This document shows positions 27,053-36,195 of a stretch of DNA of 64,000 bases, piece by piece (position 1 is the stretch's first letter; the number at the start of each line of letters is the position of its first letter). The translations under genes and the position numbers were made by a program. Origin of the DNA: Dehalococcoidia bacterium (GTDB lineage: Bacteria > Chloroflexota > Dehalococcoidia > Lucifugimonadales > UBA3495); NCBI GenBank assembly GCA_965216025.1, contig CBDCEX010000017.1, positions 377,768-441,767 of the forward strand, given 5' to 3'. Below the pieces are notes generated by a model. The model was not told the origin of the DNA, did no database searches, and was given only the letters and a program-made list of their open reading frames with translations.

Positions 27053-28051
27053 TTAGCTCTGGGTCAGTTCTCGGATCGTCTCGGTAAGGGCCGGCAATAC
27101 CTTCTCCCAGTCGCCGACGACACCGTAGCGGGCTTCCTTGAATATATTGGCCTCCGGGTCCTTGTTGATCGCCACGATGACCTTGGCGCCGGAGCAGCCG
27201 GCCATGTGCTGGCTGGCCCCGGAGATGGCTACGGTAATGTACAGGTCGGGGGTTATCGTCTTTCCGGTCAATCCCACCTGGTAAGCTGGAGGCACCCAGC
27301 CCGAGTCAACCGCGGCTCGGGATGCTCCAACGGCCCCGCCCAAAATCTTGGCCAGCTCTTCCAGATCCTTGAAGGGCTCGGGGCCTCCCAAACCACGACC
27401 GCCGGACACGACGATTTGGGCATCCTCCAGTTTGACCCCGACCGCCTCCTCCATCACCACATCCACGACGCGGGTTCGAGCTAGGGAGTCATCCAGCTCC
27501 ACGGGGAAGGAGGTGACCTGCCCCTGGCGGGATGAATCAGGCTCCAGCGGTTCGTAGACCTTGGGCCGAACTGCGGCGATTTGGGGGCTGTAGTTGCAGC
27601 TTATTACCGCCACGGCGTTGCCGCCGTAGACCGGGCGATTGGCCAGTAATTTTCGGTTGGCCGGGTCGACCGCGACCTCTAAACAATCCTGAGCCAGGCC
27701 CACCCCCAAGCGAAAGGCCAGGCGGGGGGCCAGCTCCCGGCCTTCGTTGGTCCTTCCGATCAGAATTACACTGGGGTCTATCTCCCGGCAAATCGTTTCC
27801 ATTGCCGCCAGGTACAGTTCCACCTGGTATTGGGCCAACAGCGGGTGGGTCACGGCGTAAACGTGATCGGCGCCGTAGGAGATGGCTTCTTGGGCCGCGC
27901 CTTCCAAGGTGTCCCCCAGCAGACCGATGGCCAACTCCTCTCCCAGTTCGTCGGCAATCTTACGTCCGGCGGCCAGGAGCTCCCGGGAGGTCCCACTTAG
28001 CTGGCCCCCGCCGGCTTCGCCAAGGACTAGCACTCCGCTTCCGTCTGCCAT
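27053..28051 (-). CDS. etfA: Electron transfer flavoprotein subunit alpha
   Basis: ORF 27053..28276. Start placed at ATG 28051 ([12 protein letters not shown]), preceded by gggagg. FAD-binding C-terminus [13 protein letters not shown]...[25 protein letters not shown]. Confidence 0.85.
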   Translation of the reverse strand: MADGSGVLVLGEAGGGQLSGTSRELLAAGRKIADELGEELAIGLLGDTLEGAAQEAISYGADHVYAVTHPLLAQYQVELYLAAMETICREIDPSVILIGRTNEGRELAPRLAFRLGVGLAQDCLEVAVDPANRKLLANRPVYGGNAVAVISCNYSPQIAAVRPKVYEPLEPDSSRQGQVTSFPVELDDSLARTRVVDVVMEEAVGVKLEDAQIVVSGGRGLGGPEPFKDLEELAKILGGAVGASRAAVDSGWVPPAYQVGLTGKTITPDLYITVAISGASQHMAGCSGAKVIVAINKDPEANIFKEARYGVVGDWEKVLPALTETIRELTQS

Positions 28052-28194
28052 GGCGGCCTCCCATGTTGGAAATAATTCTTCGGGGTGTAAATAATTCTGT
28101 GGGCAATCCCCGGCCAGCGTGCCGGAATTAGGGCAAATCGCAATGTTAAGAACAGCGGTAAGAGTCGCGGAAAGAGCGGCGTACTGTCCGGAGC

Positions 28195-28998
28195 CTAGAT
28201 CAGCTTGGCCTCCCGCAGCTTCTGGGCCAGGTTGCGGGCCGCCTCCGCCTCGTTGTCGCCTTCGATAATCTCGCAAATCTGATTGCGCTCAGGAACGAAA
28301 AGGTCGTGCAGGGTGATGCGCGGCTCCAACTGCTCGCTGTCCGCTTCCAGGTCAGCGGCGCTCCAGATAGTTGGGAGCTTCCTGGTAGCTGCCATTATGC
28401 CCCGCAGGGTTGGATACCTGGGCTGGCCCAACTCATTACTGACCGTCACCAGGGCCGGCATGGGGGCTTCGACCACCTCATAACCATCGGGAATCAGCCG
28501 CTCCACCACCACCCTGTCGCCTTTAACTTCTACCTTCTTCCCCAGACACACGCAGGATACCCCCCCCAGGATTTCCGCCACGCCCAACGGCACCTGGGCG
28601 TTATCCCAGTCCGAGGCTTGCCTGCCGCAAATTATCAGGTCGAACCCTCCCAGCTTGCGGATGGCCGTTGCCAGTAACTGAGCGGTAAAGAAGCTATCGA
28701 TGTTATTGGCGAAGGCGTCATCCTGCAGCAGGACCAGCTCATCGGCGCCCATGGAAAGGGGTTTCTTCATGACGTCCAGGGCGAAAGAGGCGCCGGCGGA
28801 GATAACGGTAATCGTAGCCTCTTGAGAATCCTTAATCTGTAGGGCCGCCTCCACCGCGTTTTCATCGAAGCCGTTGACCACCGGCGGTATGTTCGGGGGA
28901 GTCACTACCTTCTTGGTGGCGGCATCGATCTGAAAGGCAGCCATGGGCATTTCGGGGTCGATTACTTGCTTGGCCAGCACGCCGATTTTTACCGGCAT
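28195..28998 (-). CDS. etfB: Electron transfer flavoprotein subunit beta
   Basis: 267 aa with KIGVLAKQVID...NGFDENAVEAALQIKD...LIICGRQASDWDN. Confidence 0.85.
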   Translation of the reverse strand: MPVKIGVLAKQVIDPEMPMAAFQIDAATKKVVTPPNIPPVVNGFDENAVEAALQIKDSQEATITVISAGASFALDVMKKPLSMGADELVLLQDDAFANNIDSFFTAQLLATAIRKLGGFDLIICGRQASDWDNAQVPLGVAEILGGVSCVCLGKKVEVKGDRVVVERLIPDGYEVVEAPMPALVTVSNELGQPRYPTLRGIMAATRKLPTIWSAADLEADSEQLEPRITLHDLFVPERNQICEIIEGDNEAEAARNLAQKLREAKLI

Positions 28999-29108
28999 AA
29001 TTCATCCCTTTTGGGCGTCAAAATTAGACCCTGTGAAATGTATCACCCTCATTTTGGCCTGTCAACGAAACCATTTCTGGGCACTGGAGCAGGCATGCCC
29101 TCGTTGCT

Positions 29109-29346
29109 GTCTTTGCGAGTTATCATGCTCCGGCGGAGCGCCACCTACAGATTAAAATGGATTCCCCTCGGCTCATGGTTCGACGAGCTCACCACGAGCG
29201 GTAGGGATCCCGTTCGTCCTGAGGCTCTCGAAGGGCGAACGGGCTATTTACAGAGCAGCCCTTCGGCTGCGCTCAGGATAAACTCCGCGAAGCAATCTCT
29301 TCTTGCCCTCATGAGATTGCTTCGGGCCTACGGCCCTCGCAATGAC
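29109..29346. repeat. MITE-like repeat, full A+B form
   Basis: gtctttgcgag ... cctcgcaatgac. Includes the cgaagcaatc / gattgcttcg hairpin of module B. Confidence 0.85.
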
Positions 29347-29508
29347 ATTGGGGAGAACCGAAAATCCCTGCTTGTTGGCCAGGGAGGCAGACGATTCCCT
29401 TCCGAATAAGTCATGGTCACCGGCCCGTTGCAGTTCCGGGCAGTTCAGGCAATTAGGCCGAAGCTGCTGCAATGGTCGGCAAGCTGGCGGGAGCGCCTTA
29501 GAAATGTG

Positions 29509-30781
29509 CAGGGCCTTTTCATTCTCCTGCCTGGTAGGTAAAGCCCATCATGTCGAAAGCTTCGCTGAGATGGGCATTGTGGCGGCGTAGGGCAGCGGCT
29601 ACGTTGGAATGCCCAGCCCGACGTACCAAGCTGATGACCAGGTTCCGCAGGCCCGCCAGTACCTGAGGGGCGGCCCCAGTGCGCACCTGAGAGCGGTCCT
29701 CGTCGAAGGTCACATCCCGTACCCAGTGGAGGCGGTTCTCGATGCCCCAGTGCCCACGGGAAAGGCTCAACAATCGCCTGGCATCGGCATCAGTGGCTGG
29801 GAGACTGCTAATTGCATAGCTCACAGCCACCTGTTTCTTGCCTTTCACGACCCGCTGGCGCTCTAGCCGACACACCTGTTGCAGATGCGGCCACGCTTCC
29901 CCGACCGTCCCAGCGCTGCCCACGTAGCCATTTAGCTCTGGGTCGGCCAAGGCCCACAACTCTCGCCGCTCCAGCCGCCCATGACGCCGCTTTACTGGAG
30001 CATCGGCCCAGACCGTCAGCTTGGCCCCGCGTGCTCGCCACTCCGCTGCCAGCCAGGGAGGTACGGTTGGCCCACCAGCCCTCTCAGTTCCTAGCAGGGG
30101 AAAAAGCCACCTCCAGGTCTCGGCGCAAGGTGGGCTGATTCTCTTTAACAGGCAGCAGATACTCTCCGCCGCCTGCCACAATCTGCTCACAGACTTTCCG
30201 TTGGGTCAGTAAGGCATCAGCCACTACTACCCGACCCTTCAGGGGTACCTGGCCCAATACTTCTTTGACCGCCGCCAATTCTTCCCCTTTGCCCGGCGCA
30301 GCTACCTGCGCCAGCACTGCCCCAGCGCGGCTAGCGTAGGCCGACACCAGATGGACCCCGGGTATCTCTTGGCCGTGGACCCCTCGCAAGGTTTTCCCGT
30401 CCAGGGACAGGGGGTCATCCGCCTCTACCCCGCTATTTGCCAGCCAGTTGCCGACTTCTGCCTCAAAGGCCGCCACGTCCAGGCCCTTGAACACCCGGTG
30501 GAGGGTGGCCACGCAGGGTGTCTTCTCCTGGCTGAACCCCAAAAGCTGCGCCGTAGCACCCCCTTGTCCCGCCCCCATTGAGCTATGGCGTATAAGCTGC
30601 GGGCGCCGCACAGCATGGCACAGGTGGCCAAGGCCAGGATCGCCCCCAAAGAGTGGCGTCGCCCTTGGCTACTCCGGAAGTCAGGCACCAAATCCAGCGC
30701 TTCTCTCAAAGTCATCATCCTTCCCTCCCGCTTAAACTGGTAAATAATTTTATACTATTTTGAGAAAATGAAAAGGCCCTG
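29509..30781 (-). mobile_element. ISAs1-family insertion sequence, copy 1 (1273 bp), 10-bp target duplication
   Basis: Termini cagggccttttcattctc / gagaaaatgaaaaggccctg. Direct repeat TAGAAATGTG at 29499-29508 and 30782-30791. Confidence 0.9.
29519..30718 (-). pseudogene. ISAs1-family transposase, broken into three ORFs
   Basis: ORFs 30425..30718, 30084..30611 and 29519..30190. Relative to copy 2, one G is missing near 30566 (cccccttgtccc versus cccccttggtccc). The frame break shared with copy 2 is also present. Confidence 0.8.
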
Positions 30782-30869
30782 TAGAAATGTGCCAGAAACG
30801 GGTTGATCCAAGGGGGGTAATGCTATAATTGAGGCAGCGTATCTGCCACCAGGGGAGGAAGCAAAACCC

Positions 30870-31718
30870 ATGAATCTGATTAAGACCGGCTTTCTTTTAG
30901 TAGCATTGACCGGCTTACTCTTGCTAACGGGCGCGTATTTTGGCGGCGAGGTCGGAATAATCCTGGCTCTGGGTTTCGCTCTGATCATGAATTTCGGCGC
31001 CTACTGGTTCAGTGACCGGATTGCGCTGGCAATTACCCATGCCAAACAGATTAGCCAAGAAAGTGACCCCGAGCTTTTCGCGATGGTGGGGGAACAGGCT
31101 TCCCGGGCGGGGATGCCCATGCCCAAGGTTTACCAAATCGACAATGAATCTCCCAATGCCTTTGCTACCGGTCGCAACCCGCAGCACGCCACCGTCGCCG
31201 TGACCGCCGGCATCCGGCGCATCCTGAGTCGCGAGGAACTTAGCGCGGTGCTGTTCCACGAGATGACCCACGTGGGCAACCGCGACACCCTGATCATGAC
31301 TGTGGTGGCAACCATCGCGGGCGCCATTTCCATGCTGGCCTTGCTCGCCCAGTTCTCCGCCATCTTCGGTGGGATGGGCGGAGGGCGGGACCGGGGTCAG
31401 GGGATAATCGGCTTGCTGGTGGTGGCAATCGTGATGCCCATTGTGGCGAGCATTATCCGCATGGCCATTTCCCGAGCGAGGGAGTTACAGGCAGATGCCA
31501 CCGGCGCGAAAACCCACGGCAACCCGGAAGCCCTGGCCCGCGCTTTGGAGAAGCTGGAAATGGGCAGCCAGGCCCACCCCATGCAGGTGCCGGAGGCTGC
31601 GTCCCACCTGTTTATCGTCAATCCCCTTAGCGGCCGGTCAATGGCCAAGCTCTTTTCCACCCACCCTCCCATGGAGGAACGGATCCGGCGACTGCGGAAC
31701 ATGCCGCCCAATTACTAA
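30870..31718 (+). CDS. htpX: Membrane zinc metalloprotease HtpX (M48)
   Basis: 282 aa. HEMTH zinc motif, several TM helices, C-terminal FSTHPPMEERI. Confidence 0.9.
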   Translation: MNLIKTGFLLVALTGLLLLTGAYFGGEVGIILALGFALIMNFGAYWFSDRIALAITHAKQISQESDPELFAMVGEQASRAGMPMPKVYQIDNESPNAFATGRNPQHATVAVTAGIRRILSREELSAVLFHEMTHVGNRDTLIMTVVATIAGAISMLALLAQFSAIFGGMGGGRDRGQGIIGLLVVAIVMPIVASIIRMAISRARELQADATGAKTHGNPEALARALEKLEMGSQAHPMQVPEAASHLFIVNPLSGRSMAKLFSTHPPMEERIRRLRNMPPNY

Positions 31719-31977
31719 TCCCGGCGCATCCCCTTCGCTTCAAGAGGACGATTCTCGCACCCTCCGCGCCATGTGTTAGCCAAGACTCTGTGCTAATCTC
31801 CCCAAGAGTTGGCGCCGGGCTGACACTCGTTCGCCGCCGTCTGCCCGGTTTGGATTGACGGGTAAGACTAGCCCCCGTGATTGCCCAATATCGAACGCCA
31901 CACATCAGCTTGGCTCGAGCACCACGCGCTAATATGCGCGGATTGCTAGAAGCCGTTAGACATCCCCACAAGAATCC

Positions 31978-33342
31978 TTGAATATAGTTTTGCTGTTAGT
32001 TAGGGGTCTGGCGTCCCTATTCCTGGGGGCGGTGATGGTCGTCGCCTTTGCGGCCTTTTTGCAGCTCAGCAATCTTGCCGACAAGCTTTACGACCCCCAA
32101 TTCTATATCCAGACCCTGCGGGAGCAGGACGCTTACGACCGTTTTTACAACGACATACTGCTGGATGAAGCGATGGATCGCACCGCTGAGAGGGTTCTCG
32201 GAGGCACGCCGGTGGTGATCCAGGAGGATTTGGAGCCGCTGCTGCGGGAGATTATCCCGCCTGCCTATCTGCAGCAACAGATAGAGGCGAATGTGTCCAG
32301 GGCCATCGAATATCTTAACGAGGATGCGGAAACGCTGAATTTGCACCTGGAACTGGAGCCCATCTTGAACCGGATAGAGCCGGCTCTTTTTAGTTACATA
32401 GACCGCCGAATTGACCAGACCCGGGTGATTAGGCCGGATCCCAGCCGATCGATCCCGGAGCAAGTAGCGGAAGTGGAAGCGCTGATTCGCAATCTTTCCA
32501 GGGATCTGGCCCGAGGCCGGCTGCCCCAGTCGGTCCCATCGGTCGAAACTATTCCGGAGACGCTGCGGCGCCCGCTGTTTGACGCATTCATGGACAGAAT
32601 AATTCGAGACCCGTCGTTGGACGCCCGGATTCAGCGAGGACTGGAAGAAAGCTCCGCCGACCTGCGCCGCCAGTTCGTAGCCGGAGATACCCAACAATTC
32701 CTGAAGGAGGTCGCCCGGGTCGTTGCCGCTCCATTAATCGATGACGCACTCGCCCAATCCCGGTCGCAATTGGGCCCCACGGGGAGGCTGGACCTGATAT
32801 CCGCCCTGGCGGAAGGGAACCCGGAGATCACCGAGGAATCCCTGCGGAGGGAAATAGCGGAGGGCCGGAACGAGCTGAATCGATTCACCTCTAGAGGAAG
32901 GCTTTTCGCCCTGGTAATAGTTATCGCCAGCGTCCTGGGAATGGCCGCGGTCCACTTGCCCAAGCTGACCCACTCGCTGCGATGGCCTGGGTTAGCGCTG
33001 CTCTTGACCGGGCTGATTTCTTATTTTCTCGGTCGAGCCCTGGAGTTCAGCGTGGAGGAAAAACTGGGTGATGCTATCAAAAGGGCACTGGATGAATCGA
33101 ACGAATTCTCCGAGGCGGCGGCTCAATTGCTGGCGGATGTGACCCAAGCTTTTGCCCTGCGATTGGTGGAAGGCTTGGGCAATCCCGGGCTAATCTTGGC
33201 GGCCATCGGGCTGCTCCTTTTCGCCGGGTCCTTCCTTGTCAAGCATCTCCGGCCGGACCGCAGGGCCTTTTCATTCTCCTGCCTGGTAGGTAAAGCCCAT
33301 CATGTCGAAAGCTTCGCTGAGATGGGCATTGTGGCGGCGTAG
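31978..33342 (+). CDS. Hypothetical membrane protein whose last codons are replaced by ISAs1 sequence
   Basis: 454-aa ORF with N- and C-terminal hydrophobic segments. The ISAs1 copy enters at 33261. The native end can be reconstructed as ...KHLRPDRTVH with stop at 34554-34556. Confidence 0.55.
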   Translation: MNIVLLLVRGLASLFLGAVMVVAFAAFLQLSNLADKLYDPQFYIQTLREQDAYDRFYNDILLDEAMDRTAERVLGGTPVVIQEDLEPLLREIIPPAYLQQQIEANVSRAIEYLNEDAETLNLHLELEPILNRIEPALFSYIDRRIDQTRVIRPDPSRSIPEQVAEVEALIRNLSRDLARGRLPQSVPSVETIPETLRRPLFDAFMDRIIRDPSLDARIQRGLEESSADLRRQFVAGDTQQFLKEVARVVAAPLIDDALAQSRSQLGPTGRLDLISALAEGNPEITEESLRREIAEGRNELNRFTSRGRLFALVIVIASVLGMAAVHLPKLTHSLRWPGLALLLTGLISYFLGRALEFSVEEKLGDAIKRALDESNEFSEAAAQLLADVTQAFALRLVEGLGNPGLILAAIGLLLFAGSFLVKHLRPDRRAFSFSCLVGKAHHVESFAEMGIVAA

Positions 33343-33942
33343 GGCAGCGGCTACGTTGGAATGCCCAGCCCGACGTACCAAGCTGATGACCAGGTTCCGC
33401 AGGCCCGCCAGAACCTGAGGGGCGGCCCCAGTGCGCACCTGAGAGCGGTCCTCGTCGAAGGTCACATCCCGTACCCAGTGGAGGCGGTTCTCGATGCCCC
33501 AGTGCCCACGGGAAAGGCTCAACAATCGCCTGGCATCGGCATCAGTGGCTGGGAGACTGCTAATTGCATAGCTCACAGCCACCTGTTTCTTGCCCTTCAC
33601 GACCCGCTGGCGCTCTAGCCGACACACCTGTTGCAGATGCGGCCACGCTTCCCCGACCGTCCCAGCGCTGCCCACGTAGCCATTTAGCTCTGGGTCGGCC
33701 AAGGCCCACAACTCTCGCCGCTCCAGCCGCCCATGACGCCGCTTTACTGGAGCATCGGCCCAGACCGTCAGCTTGGCCCCGCGTGCTCGCCACTCCGCTG
33801 CCAGCCAGGGAGGTACGGTTGGGCCACCAGCCCTCTCAGTTCCTAGCAGGGGAAAAAGCCACCTCCAGGTCTCGGCGCAAGGTGGGCTGATTCTCTTTAA
33901 CTGGCAGCAGATACTCTCCGCCGCCTGCCACAATCTGCTCAC
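33271..33942 (-). CDS. ISAs1-family transposase, C-terminal part
   Basis: 223 aa with HGRLERRELW and RGHWGIENRLHWVRDVTFDEDRSQVRTG. Overlaps the N-terminal ORF by 107 nt in another frame. Confidence 0.8.
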   Translation of the reverse strand: MSRLWQAAESICCQLKRISPPCAETWRWLFPLLGTERAGGPTVPPWLAAEWRARGAKLTVWADAPVKRRHGRLERRELWALADPELNGYVGSAGTVGEAWPHLQQVCRLERQRVVKGKKQVAVSYAISSLPATDADARRLLSLSRGHWGIENRLHWVRDVTFDEDRSQVRTGAAPQVLAGLRNLVISLVRRAGHSNVAAALRRHNAHLSEAFDMMGFTYQAGE

Positions 33943-34471
33943 AGACTTTCCGTTGGGTCAGTAAGGCATCAGCCACTACTACCCGACCCTTCAGGGGTAC
34001 CTGGCCCAATACTTCTTTGACCGCCGCCAATTCTTCCCCTTTGCCCGGCGCAGCTACCTGCGCCAGCACTGCCCCAGCGCGGCTAGCGTAGGCCGACACC
34101 AGATGGACCCCGGGTATCTCTTGGCCGTGGACCCCTCGCAAGGTTTTCCCGTCCAGGGACAGGGGGTCATCCGCCTCTACCCCGCTATTTGCCAGCCAGT
34201 TGCCGACTTCTGCCTCAAAGGCCGCCACGTCCAGGCCCTTGAACACCCGGTGGAGGGTGGCCACGCAGGGTGTCTTCTCCTGGCTGAACCCCAAAAGCTG
34301 CGCCGTAGCACCCCCTTGGTCCCGCCCCCATTGAGCTATGGCGTATAAGCTGCGGGCGCCGCACAGCATGGCACAGGTGGCCAAGGCCAGGATCGCCCCC
34401 AAAGAGTGGCGTCGCCCTTGGCTACTCCGGAAGTCAGGCACCAAATCCAGCGTTTCTCTCAAAGTCATCAT
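33836..34471 (-). CDS. ISAs1-family transposase, N-terminal part
   Basis: 211 aa with DFRSSQGRRHSLGAILALATCAMLCGARS, LDGKTLRG and VADALLTQRKVCEQI...VKENQPTL. Confidence 0.8.
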   Translation of the reverse strand: MMTLRETLDLVPDFRSSQGRRHSLGAILALATCAMLCGARSLYAIAQWGRDQGGATAQLLGFSQEKTPCVATLHRVFKGLDVAAFEAEVGNWLANSGVEADDPLSLDGKTLRGVHGQEIPGVHLVSAYASRAGAVLAQVAAPGKGEELAAVKEVLGQVPLKGRVVVADALLTQRKVCEQIVAGGGEYLLPVKENQPTLRRDLEVAFSPARN

Positions 34472-34564
34472 CCTTCCCTCCCGCTTAAACTGGTAATAAT
34501 TTTATACTATTTTGAGAAAATGAAAAGGCCCTGGGCCGGACCGGACGGTACACTAGATAAACTT

Positions 34565-36024
34565 CTAGTACTACAACGACGAGTTGTCTGGTAGGATGGC
34601 TGGACAGATGATGTTGGGTGGTTTGAGTGATGGATGCGGCGAGCTTCGAGCGGGTCTACGACAGCCTTCAGGAATTCCACGCCTTCTTTGCGGCCTCCTT
34701 CGGCCGCAAGCAGTGGCGGGATCACAGCGGGAATTACCTTCAGGCGCTGCTGGTGCAGGACCAGGAGCGGCGCAACGCCGAGAATCTCTCGGAATCGGTG
34801 GGCATCTCGGCCCGGGCGATGCAGCGCTTTCTCACCGAGGCCCGGTGGTCCGATGAGACAGTCATAGGGCGGTTGCAGGAATACTTGGCCCCCAGGCTGG
34901 GACACCCGGAGGCGGTGTGGGTGTTCGATGGCAGCGACTTCCCCAAGCAGGGCAGGAAATCGGCGGGAGTGGCCCGGCAGTACTGCGGCAGGCTGGGCAA
35001 GGTGGCCAACTGCCAGGGTGGGATGTTCCTGGCCTACGTCAGCCCGCTGGGCCGGGCGTTGGTGGACAAGCGGCTGTATCTGCCCAAGAGTTGGACCTCC
35101 GACCAGGACCGGTGTGCTGCGGCGGGTGTGCCGGAGGACCGGCGGAACTACCGGTCAAAGACGGAGTTGGCCCTGGAGATGCTGGAGCGGGTCCTGGAGT
35201 TGGGCTACCTCAGGGCCGAGTGGGTTGCCGGAGACGACGCCTTCGGGATGTCGCCGACCTTCCGGGAGGGACTGGCGGCCCTGGGGATGCGCTACGTGCT
35301 GGACGTTCCGGGCGGCACTACGGTCTGGCCCTTGGACCCGGCTTGGACCAGTCCGGAATATCCGGGGTTCGGCCGCCCCCGCAAACCCAAGCTGCGGCCT
35401 GGGCAGCGGCGGACCATGGAGCAGCGCGGTGATGAACTGCCGGATGAGGCTTGGCGGGAGATAACGGTGGCCCAGGGAAGCCAGGGGCCGCGCACCTACC
35501 GGTTCAGTGCCCAGCGGGTGCGGGCCACCAGGAGGCGCAAGCCCGGCGAGGAACTGTGGGCCGTCTGGCGCCGGAACCTGGACGGCAGCGAGCCCCGCTA
35601 CTACCTGTCCAACGCTCCCGAGGGCACAACCTTGGAGACTCTGGCCTACGTGGGTGGGTCCAGGTGGCGCATTGAAACGGAGTTCGAGACTGAGAAGGGT
35701 GACGTGGGGCTGGACGAATACGAGACCCGCAGCTGGGCAGGGTGGCATCACCACATAGCCATGTGCCTGCTGGGTGGAGCGTTCCTGCTGAGCCTGCAGC
35801 AGGATTGGGGGGAAAAAGATGCCCCGGATCACGAGGCCACAGGTGTACCGGGTGGTGCGGGAGATGCTGCCCCGGGAGCAGTTCGGGCCCGATCAATTGC
35901 TGTTGTGGCTGGAGGATACGCAGCTACGCAACGAACGGGCTCGCCGTTCCCACGAGAGACGCCGCTCCACCCGCCGCGAAAGCAGGATGGAGCCGCCACC
36001 TTAAACCCGTCGTTGTAGTACTAG
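34565..36024 (+). mobile_element. IS701-family insertion sequence (about 1.46 kb)
   Basis: 17-bp perfect inverted repeats ctagtactacaacgacg (34565-34581) and cgtcgttgtagtactag (36008-36024). The outer CTAG could instead be a 4-bp duplication. Confidence 0.8.
34627..36018 (+). CDS. IS701-family transposase, C-terminus apparently frameshifted
   Basis: 463-aa ORF with GSDFPKQGRKSAGVARQYCGRLGKVANCQ and GDDAFGMSP. After the G6A5 run at about 35807-35817, the family-typical tail (PRITRPQVYRVV...LLWLEDTQLRNERARRSHERRR) is in the other frame (ORF 35819..36004). Confidence 0.75.
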   Translation: MMDAASFERVYDSLQEFHAFFAASFGRKQWRDHSGNYLQALLVQDQERRNAENLSESVGISARAMQRFLTEARWSDETVIGRLQEYLAPRLGHPEAVWVFDGSDFPKQGRKSAGVARQYCGRLGKVANCQGGMFLAYVSPLGRALVDKRLYLPKSWTSDQDRCAAAGVPEDRRNYRSKTELALEMLERVLELGYLRAEWVAGDDAFGMSPTFREGLAALGMRYVLDVPGGTTVWPLDPAWTSPEYPGFGRPRKPKLRPGQRRTMEQRGDELPDEAWREITVAQGSQGPRTYRFSAQRVRATRRRKPGEELWAVWRRNLDGSEPRYYLSNAPEGTTLETLAYVGGSRWRIETEFETEKGDVGLDEYETRSWAGWHHHIAMCLLGGAFLLSLQQDWGEKDAPDHEATGVPGGAGDAAPGAVRARSIAVVAGGYAATQRTGSPFPRETPLHPPRKQDGAATLNPSL

Positions 36025-36079
36025 GAGTGTGTTTAAAAAGTTCCTTGAAATCCATGCTCAAGGTGTCATCCAGTTTGGA

Positions 36080-36166
36080 CTTCGGCATCCTCTCCCCTTG
36101 TGGGAGAGGAGTGAGGTGAGGGGAATCACCCTCATCCCAACCTTCTCCCATCAAGGGAGAAGGGGC
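36080..36166. repeat. Compound hairpin repeat
   Basis: cctctcccc-ttgt-gggagagg and cttctccc-atca-agggagaag hairpins. Related to 26947-26981. Confidence 0.6.
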
Positions 36167-36195
36167 TGGTCCTCTACTCCTTGAAGGGCGAGAGG

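Larger units (their letters stand above)
33261..34533 (-). mobile_element. ISAs1-family insertion sequence, copy 2 (1273 bp), 10-bp target duplication
   Basis: Same termini as copy 1. Direct repeat GGCCGGACCG at 33251-33260 and 34534-34543. Confidence 0.9.

Noticed and set aside
28052-28276. A 75-aa N-terminal extension of etfA that overlaps the etfB stop. It has two cysteines, which hinted at a ferredoxin-like domain.
   Set aside because: It has only two Cys residues, low-complexity Gly/Arg-rich sequence, and no CxxCxxC pattern. A good RBS (gggagg) precedes the internal ATG at 28051, which gives a canonical EtfA N-terminus.
29509-34533. A composite transposon formed by the two ISAs1 copies carrying htpX.
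   Set aside because: Each copy has its own different 10-bp target duplication, and there is no shared duplication outside the pair. This indicates two independent insertions. Recombination between them is still possible.
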